This document shows, in pieces, positions 50,618 through 59,744 of a DNA stretch of 64,000 bases. The first letter of the stretch is position 1, and every line of letters starts with the position of its first letter. The stretch comes from Planctomycetota bacterium (GTDB lineage Bacteria; Planctomycetota; B15-G4; SIAN01). Made by a program: the position numbers and the translations under genes. The notes under the pieces are model-generated. The model was not told the origin of the DNA and made no database searches. It saw nothing but the letters and a program-made list of their open reading frames with translations. The stretch covers positions 224,001 to 288,000 of the forward strand of contig JANNXA010000051.1 in assembly GCA_031409275.1 (NCBI GenBank). Direction: 5' to 3'.

Positions 50618-51294
50618 GAAGGGCTCCTGCCGAGACCGCGCATCGATTCGCTCTCCGAGCTCTTCAGGCGCGCGCCGCAGCCGACGCACGCGCGCGCATT
50701 GGGGTGGTTGACGCCGCCGCAGGCCGCGCAGGCGACCGGAGCGTGCGTCAGCGGGATCTTGCCCAGCCCGCCTGGCATGCCGCCTGGCACTTGCGAGAGA
50801 TCGCCGCGCGGAAGCATGGCGACGCGAGCGACGGCGACGACGTTGAAGGCGAGACCGGCCAGCAACCAGGGCAATGGCGTGAGTCCCTTGCTGAGCGCAA
50901 GGTAGGCCGCCCACGCGCCGCAGAGCAATCCAACGACGACGTAGCTGCCGAACCAGAACCAGCCCGACAAGAGCGAGCGCTCGTCCGACGCCTTGGTCGC
51001 CGCCTCGTCGAACAGGGCGCCGCGCGCCTGCTGACCGGCGAACAACTCCTCTCGTTCGAGGTCCCAATGCGCCTCGCACGCGGGCGAACAGACGCCGACC
51101 GTGCGACCGCGGTAGACGATGTGGCGTCCTGCCGTCGCGCCACCGCAGGCGATGCAGCGCTCTGCGGCGGAAGCGGCGGAGGCGGTGCCTTGGGCGCGGC
51201 CGCTGCCGGCGAAGGCCAGCGACGCCAAGAGCAGCGGTGCCAGCAGTCTCAGCAGTCGACCCAACCGGCTCCGTGCAACTCCTCGACGATGCAT
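50614..51294 (-). CDS. Membrane protein with YHS/TRASH-like Cys domain and C-terminal zinc ribbon
   Basis: Signal peptide, CIACG..YRGRTVGVCSPAC, two TMs, CAAC..NARACVGCG; GGAGG RBS. Confidence 0.7.
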   Translation of the reverse strand: MHRRGVARSRLGRLLRLLAPLLLASLAFAGSGRAQGTASAASAAERCIACGGATAGRHIVYRGRTVGVCSPACEAHWDLEREELFAGQQARGALFDEAATKASDERSLLSGWFWFGSYVVVGLLCGAWAAYLALSKGLTPLPWLLAGLAFNVVAVARVAMLPRGDLSQVPGGMPGGLGKIPLTHAPVACAACGGVNHPNARACVGCGARLKSSESESMRGLGRSPS

Positions 51295-51307
51295 GCAACC
51301 TCCTCCT

Positions 51308-51486
51308 AGCAGCCCGTTGGAGAACTCCCCGTGTCGCCTGGCGGCGTCTTTCAAGCCGGTCCTTCGTTGGAGTCAGAACGTGCTTCGCAACTCGACAACT
51401 CACAGGGGAGTTGGCTTCGAACCTCCTCCTCGTCCCGACTCGAAATCCGCTCGCCAGACTCGCGGTGACTTCTCCAACGGGCTGCT
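51308..51486. mobile_element. MITE-like element, 179 bp, 17-bp perfect terminal inverted repeats
   Basis: agcagcccgttggagaa (51308-51324) / ttctccaacgggctgct (51470-51486); no transposase. Confidence 0.7.
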
Positions 51487-51593
51487 CGCGCGACGGCGGC
51501 TAACGATGCCGATGCAGGAGCGCGGTTTCGTGTGCCGCTATCTTGGCGCGCCATCCTCGCTGCCCCTCCCTCGAGAACCCGCAGGAATCCTCG

Positions 51594-52634
51594 ATGCCTC
51601 GCCGCGTCGCCCTCGCCTGGTGCGCCCTGGCGCTGTCGGTGGCAGCCGCAGCCCAGGATGCGCCCGTCGCCGCCGCCCGCGCGACCGCCACCTTCGAAGC
51701 GCTGCCGATCACCGCCGACGAACTCCCGCAGGACTGGATCCTCGAGCAAGAGCTTGCCTGCGCCTCGCCGACCGCAGCGAAGTTCCTCGCCGGCACCGCC
51801 GTCGCCGCCTCGGCGGGCGCGCCGAAACGGAGCGCGCACCAGACGCTGGGCGGCGCCTCCGGGCGCGGCAGCATTCTCTACTTCGAGTTCGAGGGCGACG
51901 TACCGCAGCCGTGGATCGAAGGACTCGTGACGCAACTGTGGAGCGAGAAGGGGGAGCCGACGCGCACGCAGCCGGAGCTGGTGGCGCGCGCGGGGAACAC
52001 CTTCGTCGTCATCAGCTGCTCGCTGAACAGTCCGCTGCGCCGCTTCGCCTGCGATCGGCTGCGCAAGCGCTTCGGACTGCGCCTGCCCGACAGCGACGAC
52101 GATCGCCGGCGCGCGCTCGCTCCCTTGGCGCGGGCGGCGGCGGCAGGCGATCGCGAAGGCGGCCTGCGCATCCTCGCTGCTCGCCGCAAGGAGTTCCTCG
52201 GACTCTCGCTCGCCGCGTTCTACGAAGCGCAGTTGCATGTCGCGGGCAAGCAGTGGCTCGACGCGAACGTCGCCTTCGCCAAGGCGCTCGCGCTCGACGC
52301 CGCCACCGATCCGCTGCCAGACAACGCGCTCCACTACCAATGCGTGGACGGCCGCGGTCAGGCGTACTACCGGCAGCAGAAGTGGGCGGAGGCGGTGGCC
52401 ACGCTGCGCGAGGCCGCCGAACTCGCGCGCGCGCTCGGCCGCCCGCGGGCGCGCGCCGCGTCGCTCTACAACGCCGCGTGCAGCCTCGCGCTCGCCGGTG
52501 ACGGCGACGCCGCGATGGCCGAGCTCGAGCAGGCGCTCGCGCTGGCGAAAGACGAGCTGCTGCCGCAAGCGCGCAGCGACGCCGATCTCGAATCGTTGCG
52601 CAGCCGCGCCGATTGGAGCGAGCGGATCAGGTAG
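51594..52634 (+). CDS. Exported TPR protein
   Basis: Signal peptide; TPRs ending YNAACSLAL..DADLESLR. Confidence 0.75.
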   Translation: MPRRVALAWCALALSVAAAAQDAPVAAARATATFEALPITADELPQDWILEQELACASPTAAKFLAGTAVAASAGAPKRSAHQTLGGASGRGSILYFEFEGDVPQPWIEGLVTQLWSEKGEPTRTQPELVARAGNTFVVISCSLNSPLRRFACDRLRKRFGLRLPDSDDDRRRALAPLARAAAAGDREGGLRILAARRKEFLGLSLAAFYEAQLHVAGKQWLDANVAFAKALALDAATDPLPDNALHYQCVDGRGQAYYRQQKWAEAVATLREAAELARALGRPRARAASLYNAACSLALAGDGDAAMAELEQALALAKDELLPQARSDADLESLRSRADWSERIR

Positions 52635-52655
52635 GCGACGCTTCGACCACTGCCG

Positions 52656-54077
52656 CTACTTGAGCCACTCCGCGTGGACGAAGCCGGCCGCCGGTTGATC
52701 GACGCGCTCGAAGGTGTGGGCTCCGAAGGCGTCGCGCTGCGCTTGCGTGAGGTTCTGCGGCAGCGAGGCGCAGCGATAACTGTCGTACCAGGAGAGGCTC
52801 GCGGCGAAGGCGGGCACCGGCAGGCCAAGCTCGGCGGCGGCTGCCACCACCTTGCGCAGGCCCGGCGTCGTCGCCTCGATGACCTTGCGGAAGTCGCGGT
52901 CGAGCAGCAGGTTCTTCAGTGACTTGTCCGCGGCGAAGGCGCGGCGGATCGTGTCGAGGAAACGGGCGCGGATGATGCATCCACCGGTCCAGATGCGCGC
53001 GAGCTCCGAGAGGTCGATCCCCCACTGGAACTGCTCACCCGCGACCTGGATCAGGCTCATGCCTTGCGCGTAGGCGCAGACCTTCGCCGCGTAGAGCGCG
53101 TCGTGCACAGCCGAGATCCAGCCCGCGGTATCGCCCTTCAGCATCTGCAGCGCCGGCCCCGGCAGCACCTTGCTGGCGGCGACACGCTGCTCCTTCATGC
53201 TGGACAGGACGCGCGCATCGATGGCCGCGGCGATGGTCGGGATCGCGACGCCGACGTCGAGCGCCGTCTGCGCGGTCCACTTGCCGGTCCCCTTCTGCCC
53301 CGCCTTGTCGAGCACGAGGTCGACGAGCGCCTTGCCCGTCGAGAGGTCGCTCTTCTGGAAGATGCGCGCAGTGATGTCGATCAGGAAGCTGTCGAGCGGT
53401 CCCTTGTTCCACTGGCTGAAGACGGCGCCGAGCTCGTCGGCCGCGAGGCCGAGCCCCTTGCGCAGAACGTCGTACGCCTCGGCGATCAACTGCATGTCGC
53501 CGTATTCGATGCCGTTGTGGACCATCTTCACGAAGTGGCCGGCACCGTCGGGGCCGCACCACGTCACGCATGGTCCGGTCGCGGTCCTGGCCGCGATCGC
53601 TTCGAAGACCGGCTTCAGCCGCTCGTACGCCGCCTTGTCGCCGCCCGGCATCAGCGACGGGCCGTGGCGCGCCCCCTCTTCACCGCCGGAGATGCCGCAG
53701 CCCACGAAGCACAGCCCCTTCTGCTTCCACGCCGCGTCGCGGCGACGCGTGTCGTGGAAGAGCGAGTTGCCGCCGTCGACCACGATGTCGGCCGCCTTCA
53801 GATGCGGCGCGAGCTCGGCCATCGCCTGATCGACCGGTTCGCCGGCCTTCACCATCAGCAGGATGCGGCGCGGCGCTTCGAGCACCGCGGCAAGCTCGGC
53901 GTAGCTCTTCACGCCGATCAGCTTCTTGCCGGGATTCGCGGCGAGGAACTCCGCGGTCTTCTCCAAGGTTCGGTTGTAGACGGCGACGGTGAAGCCGCGC
54001 GACTCGACGTTCAGTGCGAGGTTCGCGCCCATTACGCCGAGACCGACCACTCCGAACGAAGCGCTGCCTTGTGCCAT
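52656..54077 (-). CDS. gndA: NADP-dependent 6-phosphogluconate dehydrogenase
   Basis: GLGVMG, YNRT, SGGEEGA, KMVHNGIEY, QAQRDAFGAH. Confidence 0.97.
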   Translation of the reverse strand: MAQGSASFGVVGLGVMGANLALNVESRGFTVAVYNRTLEKTAEFLAANPGKKLIGVKSYAELAAVLEAPRRILLMVKAGEPVDQAMAELAPHLKAADIVVDGGNSLFHDTRRRDAAWKQKGLCFVGCGISGGEEGARHGPSLMPGGDKAAYERLKPVFEAIAARTATGPCVTWCGPDGAGHFVKMVHNGIEYGDMQLIAEAYDVLRKGLGLAADELGAVFSQWNKGPLDSFLIDITARIFQKSDLSTGKALVDLVLDKAGQKGTGKWTAQTALDVGVAIPTIAAAIDARVLSSMKEQRVAASKVLPGPALQMLKGDTAGWISAVHDALYAAKVCAYAQGMSLIQVAGEQFQWGIDLSELARIWTGGCIIRARFLDTIRRAFAADKSLKNLLLDRDFRKVIEATTPGLRKVVAAAAELGLPVPAFAASLSWYDSYRCASLPQNLTQAQRDAFGAHTFERVDQPAAGFVHAEWLK

Positions 54078-54146
54078 CGCAGAATCCTCCTGGTCCCGCC
54101 TTGATCGGCGGGAATGAACTTCCGACCGGAGCGCTCGTCTCGCGGG

Positions 54147-56159
54147 CTACCCCGCCAGCTTCTTCGCGGCGGCCACCACCGCGGCAGGCGTCAGGCCGTA
54201 CTCCTCGTAGATCCGCTCGGCCGGCGCCGAGGCGCCGAAGCGGTCGACGCCGATCGCCACCCCGCGGCCGCCGAGGAAGCGCTGCCAGCCGAAGGTCGTG
54301 CCCGCTTCGATCGAGACGCGCGCCGTGACCGCGGCCGGCAGCACCGATTCGCGATAGCTCGCATCCTGCTCGAGGAACGCCTCCTGGCAGGGCATCGAGA
54401 CCACTCGGGTCGGCACCCCTTGCGCCTCGAGCTGCTCGCGCGCCTTCATGGCGATCTCGACTTCGGTCCCGGTTGCGATCAGCAGGGCGCGTGGCTCGCC
54501 GCCCGTCGCATCCGCGAGCACGTAGCCGCCGCGCTGCAGCCACGAAGCGAGCCCGGTCTTGCTGCGATCCCACGTCGTCGCCTTCTGGCGCGAGAAGACC
54601 AGCACGGTCGGGCCATGCGTTCGCGCGAGCCCGTAGCGCCACGCCTCGACGGCCTCGTTGGCATCGCACGGACGCACCACGTGGACGTTGGGGCAGGCGC
54701 GCAGCGCGGCGAGGTGCTCGATCGGCTGGTGGGTCGGACCGTCTTCGCCGAGCCCGATCGAGTCGTGGGTGAAGACGAAGAGCGTCGGCAGGTGGGAGAG
54801 CGCGGCGAGCCGGATCGCCGGCTTCATGTAGTCGCTGAAGCAGAAGAACGTGGCGGTGAAGCTGCGCGGCCCGCCATGGCAGGCGATGCCGTTGGCGATC
54901 GCTCCCATCGCGTGTTCGCGCACGCCGTAGTGGAGGTTGCGGCCGGCACCGGTCGTGCCATCGAAGTCGCCGCCCTTCTCGATCGACGTGTTGGTCGACA
55001 CCGACAAGTCCGCGTCGCCGCCGATCAGCCACGGGATCTTGCCCGCGAAGTGGTTCAGCGCCTTGCCACCGCTCTGGCGAGTGGCGAGCCCCTGCGTGGC
55101 CGGGAACGTCAGCGGATCCTTGTCCCAGCCGCTCGGCAGCGCGCCGGCGGTCATCGTCTTCCATTCGGCCGCCTCGGCAGGGAACGCGGCGGCGTACGCG
55201 GCGAAGCGGCGCTCCCAGTCACTGCGCGCACGCTGACCGAGCGCACCGGCGCTCGCGAACGCCGCGCGCGCATCCGCTGACACCACGAAGCTCTGGGTCG
55301 GGTCGAGGCCGAGCGCCTTCTTGGTGGCGGCGAGCTCCTCGTCCCCGAGCGGCGAACCGTGCACGTGATGCGTTCCCGCCTTCTTCGGCGAGCCGTAGCC
55401 GATGGTCGTCTTGACCACGATGAAGGTCGGCTTGCCGACGTCCTGGCGCGCCGTCTGCAGCGCCTGGTCGATCGCGGCGAAATCGCCATTGCCATCCGCG
55501 ACCGTCAGCACGCGCCAGCCGCACGCCTCCATCCGCTTCGCGACGTCCTCGTTGAAGGAGAGCGAGGTCGGGCCGTCGAGCGAGATGTCGTTGCTGTCGT
55601 AGAGCCACACCAGCTTCGACAGCTTCAAGTGGCCGGCGAGCGACGCCGCCTCGTAGCTGATCCCCTCCATCAGGCAGCCGTCGCCCATCAACGCGTAGGT
55701 GCGATGGTCGACGATCGTGTGGCCGGGACGGTTGTAGCGCTGCGCGAGCCAGCGCTCGGCGATCGCCATCCCCACCGCGTTCGCGGCGCCTTGTCCAAGC
55801 GGCCCGGTGGTCGCCTCGACGCCCGCCGTCATGCCGAGCTCCGGATGGCCCGGCGTCTTGCTGCCCCATTGGCGGAACGACTTGATGTCGTCGAGCGTCA
55901 GCGGGAAGCCGTACACGTGCAGCAGCGAGTAGAGGAGCATGCTCCCGTGGCCGGCCGACAGCACGAAGCGATCGCGATCGGGCCACGCCGGCGCCGACGG
56001 GTCGAAGCGCAGGTGCTTCTGCCACAGCGTGTAGGCCATCGGAGCCGCGCCGAGCGGCAATCCCGGGTGGCCGGAGTTGGCCTTCTGCACGCCGTCGATC
56101 GCGAGCGCGCGGATCGTGTTGGTGCAGAGCAGGTCCTGAGTCGTAGTCGCGACCGTCAC
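54147..56159 (-). CDS. tkt: Transketolase
   Basis: [51 protein letters not shown] before GTG. Confidence 0.97.
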   Translation of the reverse strand: MTVATTTQDLLCTNTIRALAIDGVQKANSGHPGLPLGAAPMAYTLWQKHLRFDPSAPAWPDRDRFVLSAGHGSMLLYSLLHVYGFPLTLDDIKSFRQWGSKTPGHPELGMTAGVEATTGPLGQGAANAVGMAIAERWLAQRYNRPGHTIVDHRTYALMGDGCLMEGISYEAASLAGHLKLSKLVWLYDSNDISLDGPTSLSFNEDVAKRMEACGWRVLTVADGNGDFAAIDQALQTARQDVGKPTFIVVKTTIGYGSPKKAGTHHVHGSPLGDEELAATKKALGLDPTQSFVVSADARAAFASAGALGQRARSDWERRFAAYAAAFPAEAAEWKTMTAGALPSGWDKDPLTFPATQGLATRQSGGKALNHFAGKIPWLIGGDADLSVSTNTSIEKGGDFDGTTGAGRNLHYGVREHAMGAIANGIACHGGPRSFTATFFCFSDYMKPAIRLAALSHLPTLFVFTHDSIGLGEDGPTHQPIEHLAALRACPNVHVVRPCDANEAVEAWRYGLARTHGPTVLVFSRQKATTWDRSKTGLASWLQRGGYVLADATGGEPRALLIATGTEVEIAMKAREQLEAQGVPTRVVSMPCQEAFLEQDASYRESVLPAAVTARVSIEAGTTFGWQRFLGGRGVAIGVDRFGASAPAERIYEEYGLTPAAVVAAAKKLAG

Positions 56160-56184
56160 GCGTTTCTCCTTCTTCAGAGCGCCT

Positions 56185-56904
56185 TCATGCCGAGAAGGCG
56201 GAGTCGGTTTCAATGTCGGCAGCGGCGGCACGATCGAGGAGCCAATCACGGCCGGCAAGCAGACAGGCCGGGATCGCGTCGGGCGATGCATCGGAGGCGA
56301 ACGCTCGCGCGACCGCCGCCGCCTTGTCGCTTCCGGCCGCCAGCACCAGCACCACGCGCGCCGCGGCGATCGCGGGCGGCGTCAGCGTGAGCCGATTTGG
56401 CGGCGCCTTCGGCCCCACCACCGCGACGACGCGCCGCTCGACCTCGCCGAGCGCCGTCGAACCCGGGAAGAGCGATGCCGTGTGGCCATCGGGCCCGAGC
56501 CCGAGCAACAGCAGATCGAGCTCCGCGGGCAGCGCCGCGTCGTAGGCACGCGCGGCACCGTCCCGATCCTCGATTTCCGCGACCATGCGATGGACCTGGA
56601 TCGCCGGAATCGCCACCCGAGAGAGCAGCGCCTGGCGGGCCGCGCCGTAGTTGCTGTCGACGTGGTCCGGCGGCACGCAGCGCTCATCGCCAAACCAGAT
56701 GTGGACCTTCTCCCACGGCACCGTCGTGACGTAGCGGGAGGCGAGGAGCTCGTAGGCGCGCCGCGGCGTGTTTCCGCCCGCCAGCGCGAAGTCGGCGCGG
56801 CCGCGCGCTGCGATCGACGTCGCCAGCACGCTTGCCATTCGATCGGCGGCCGCAATGGCGAGCGCCTCGCCATCGGCCACGATCGTCCTCGTCGCGTTCG
56901 CCAT
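56185..56904 (-). CDS. pgl: 6-phosphogluconolactonase
   Basis: [28 protein letters not shown]. Confidence 0.95.
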   Translation of the reverse strand: MANATRTIVADGEALAIAAADRMASVLATSIAARGRADFALAGGNTPRRAYELLASRYVTTVPWEKVHIWFGDERCVPPDHVDSNYGAARQALLSRVAIPAIQVHRMVAEIEDRDGAARAYDAALPAELDLLLLGLGPDGHTASLFPGSTALGEVERRVVAVVGPKAPPNRLTLTPPAIAAARVVLVLAAGSDKAAAVARAFASDASPDAIPACLLAGRDWLLDRAAAADIETDSAFSA

Positions 56905-57035
56905 CGCGGCGATTCCCCCTCGGGTCTTCCCACGCCCATTGCAGACGGATGGTCGGGCATCGTAGCGGCGTCGGAGCTATGTTCCGGGCCGTTTGCCTCG
57001 GCCGCGCCGTCGACATTCGCCGATGGATGGTCCGG

Positions 57036-58655
57036 ATGAGCCACCCCGACAAGCCCGCGACCATGCCCGCTGCACCGCCGCTGCCGCCTCCGATGGGGTC
57101 GCGGCGGCGCGCCGGCTGGTGGGCAGCGCTCGTCCTCTTCGCGCTCGGGGCGGCGCTGCGATGGCACGACGTCGCCACGCTGTCGGTGAACGGCGACGAG
57201 ATCTACACCATCTGGGAGACCCGGTCGGCCCGCAAGGCGGCCGATGCCGTCGATGTCGTCACCGCCTGGAAGCAGCGCATCGAGTTGATGGTGTCGTCGA
57301 ACCCCACGCCGCCGAAGGGGGTGCCGGAGCAGGAGCTCTGGCGGCTGCGCTGGGGCTATCGCACCAATCCGCTGTTCCTGCTGCAGAACGAGCTCGCCTT
57401 CTGGCTGTTCGGCGACACGCCGTTCGCGGCGCGACTCTCGAGCCTCGTGAGTGGACTGCTCGCGCTGCTGCTGCTGCCGTTGCTGGCGCGCGGCCTCTTC
57501 GGCGATCGCTTCGCGCTGCTGCTGCTGCTGGTGCTGGCCCTCTCGCCCAACGCCATCGAGCACTCCCGCTTCGCGCGCTACTACTCCGCTTCCTTCCTCT
57601 TCGGCGCACTCGCCGCATTGTCGGCCGCCCGCTACACGCTGCATCGACGCCGCGGCGACGAGATCCTCTTCGGGATCGCCTGCATCGCGCTGGTCGGATC
57701 GCACCACACCGGCGCGCCCGTTGCCGTGCTGCTCCTCCTCTGGATGGCGTTGGGCGCGCGCAGCTGGCTCTGTGTCGCAGGGCTCGTCATCGCCGCGCTT
57801 GGCGGTTGGCTGGCGTGGCAGTTCGGACCGCTGAAGAAGATCCTCGACACGATCCAGGAGGGCATTCGCCCGACCAGCGCCTATCGCTCCTGGCGTATGG
57901 CGGCGGCGCTCTTCTACAACGTCGGCCCGGGCTGGATCGCGCTCGGTGCGCTTGCCGTCGGCTGGTGGCCACCCAAGGGCCAACGCAAGGCGTTGCTGCC
58001 GCTCGCCGTCACCGTCCTGGCCACGTCGTGGACGCTGTTCGCGCTGAACTACCGCCACGACATCGGACCGCGCTACTTCACCGCCATCGAAGGGGTCGGG
58101 GCGCTGCTCGCGGCGTGCGGACTCGAGCGCCTTTGCGCGGCGACACGGCGCACGGGGATCGCGCGGGCGCTGGCCGCCGGTCTCGTGCTGGTGCACGTGC
58201 CGCTGCTCGTCTCGAACCAGACCGACGGCCAGCGTTTTCCGATCGCGGAGGCGGTCGAGCAACTGCGGTCGGAGGCGCAGCCCCACGATCGCGTGATGGC
58301 GAACTGGGGCGGGATCTACGAGTACCACTTCGAGCGGGATGGCAGGTCGCCGCACAACGTCATGGAGCTGCCGAACAACCTCGCGGCGCTGGAGGAGTCC
58401 CTGCTCGAGCCGCGCGCGCTCGACGGCCCGCCGGCGCGCGCCTGGCTCGTGCTCGAACGGCAGCGCGGTCAGCTCTCGTGGGCAGGGCCGTCCCATCGCC
58501 TCGCCGATTGGCTGGCGCGCCACGCACAGAAAGTCGCAACGCTCGGCGGCGCGCGACTCGACTCGCTGCTGAACCGCTACGGCGGCGGCTACCGCTACGA
58601 GCTCGCGATCTACTCGGTCGATCTCGCCGCGTTGCGAGCGCAACGGCAGCAGTGA
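57036..58655 (+). CDS. GT-C membrane glycosyltransferase (GT39/ArnT-like)
   Basis: LR..DE.YT, ARL.S, SRFARYYS, PRY; many TMs; start approximate. Confidence 0.75.
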   Translation: MSHPDKPATMPAAPPLPPPMGSRRRAGWWAALVLFALGAALRWHDVATLSVNGDEIYTIWETRSARKAADAVDVVTAWKQRIELMVSSNPTPPKGVPEQELWRLRWGYRTNPLFLLQNELAFWLFGDTPFAARLSSLVSGLLALLLLPLLARGLFGDRFALLLLLVLALSPNAIEHSRFARYYSASFLFGALAALSAARYTLHRRRGDEILFGIACIALVGSHHTGAPVAVLLLLWMALGARSWLCVAGLVIAALGGWLAWQFGPLKKILDTIQEGIRPTSAYRSWRMAAALFYNVGPGWIALGALAVGWWPPKGQRKALLPLAVTVLATSWTLFALNYRHDIGPRYFTAIEGVGALLAACGLERLCAATRRTGIARALAAGLVLVHVPLLVSNQTDGQRFPIAEAVEQLRSEAQPHDRVMANWGGIYEYHFERDGRSPHNVMELPNNLAALEESLLEPRALDGPPARAWLVLERQRGQLSWAGPSHRLADWLARHAQKVATLGGARLDSLLNRYGGGYRYELAIYSVDLAALRAQRQQ

Positions 58656-58683
58656 GGCGGCGCGACCGGGCGGCGCCGCGCCG

Positions 58684-59661
58684 TCAACGGTTCGTCGCCA
58701 GCCGCTCGCGCTGGTCGACCAGCACATCGTCGATGATCGTCGCCAGCGGCGTCCGCGGCCGATAGCCGGTGAACTTCTCGAGCTTGCGCAGATCGGGGAC
58801 GCGCCGCTGCATGTCCTCGAAGCCCTCGGCGTACGCCTCGTGGTACGGGATCTTCTGGATCTCGCTCTTGCTGCCCGCAGCGGCGCGAACGCGCCTCGCG
58901 AGCTCCTCGATCGAGACCTCTTCATCGTTGCCGATGTTGAAGACCTGCCCCCACGCCGACTTCGTCTCGATCAATCGCAGCACCGCCTCGACCGCGTCGC
59001 GCACGTGGCCGAAGCAGCGCGATTGCGTGCCGGGTCCATGCACCGTGATCGGTTCGCCGAGCAGCGCTTGACGCGCGAAGTTGGGCAGGACCATGCCGTA
59101 GCGTCCGGTCTGGCGCGGGCCGACCGTGTTGAAGAAGCGTGCGAGGATCACCGGCACCTTCTTCTCGCGGAAGTAGGCCAGCGCCAGCCACTCGTCGAGC
59201 GCCTTGCTGCAGGCGTAGGCCCAGCGGGAGTGGATGGTCGCGCCCAAGGTGAGATCGTCCTCTTCGGCGAACGGGATCTTCGCGCCCTTGCCGTAGACCT
59301 CGGAGGTCGAGGCGATGACGACCGGCTTCTGCTTCTTCGCGGCGGCGGCCAGCACCGTCTCCGTCGCCTTGACGTTGGTCTCGATGGTGTGGACCGGCCG
59401 CTCGACGATCAGGCGCACGCCGACGGCGGCGGCGAGGTGGACGGTCACGTCGCAGCGGTCGAGGCACTCCGTCACCAGCGGCAGGTCGAGCGCGCTGCCG
59501 ATGCGGTAGTCGAAGCCCTTCTTGCCGAGGAACGGCTCGAGGTTCTCCATCGCGCCGGTCGACAAGTCGTCGAGCACCAGCACCTGGTCGCCACGGCCGA
59601 TCAGCCGCTCGATGAGATGCGATCCGATGAACCCTGCCCCACCGGTGATGAAGACCTTCAT
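58684..59661 (-). CDS. NAD-dependent nucleotide-sugar epimerase/dehydratase
   Basis: TGGAGFIGSH, ASTSEVYG, YACSK, RFFNTVGPRQ. Confidence 0.92.
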   Translation of the reverse strand: MKVFITGGAGFIGSHLIERLIGRGDQVLVLDDLSTGAMENLEPFLGKKGFDYRIGSALDLPLVTECLDRCDVTVHLAAAVGVRLIVERPVHTIETNVKATETVLAAAAKKQKPVVIASTSEVYGKGAKIPFAEEDDLTLGATIHSRWAYACSKALDEWLALAYFREKKVPVILARFFNTVGPRQTGRYGMVLPNFARQALLGEPITVHGPGTQSRCFGHVRDAVEAVLRLIETKSAWGQVFNIGNDEEVSIEELARRVRAAAGSKSEIQKIPYHEAYAEGFEDMQRRVPDLRKLEKFTGYRPRTPLATIIDDVLVDQRERLATNR

Positions 59662-59744
59662 CGCAGCTCCGTTTCGCGCAGCGCGCGCGTGCCCGCTTCG
59701 TCGGACGACGACGCGCAAGAACTCAAGCTAGCATCCACGCCCCT

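Noticed and set aside
37970..51403. Apparent N-terminal extensions in the ORF track (37970-40930, 43467-45116, 44408-45961, 48125-51403)
   Set aside because: They overlap other genes; internal starts with an RBS or stop-start coupling fit better
52656..56904. pgl-tkt-gnd without zwf
   Set aside because: zwf may lie elsewhere in the genome; ordinary arrangement
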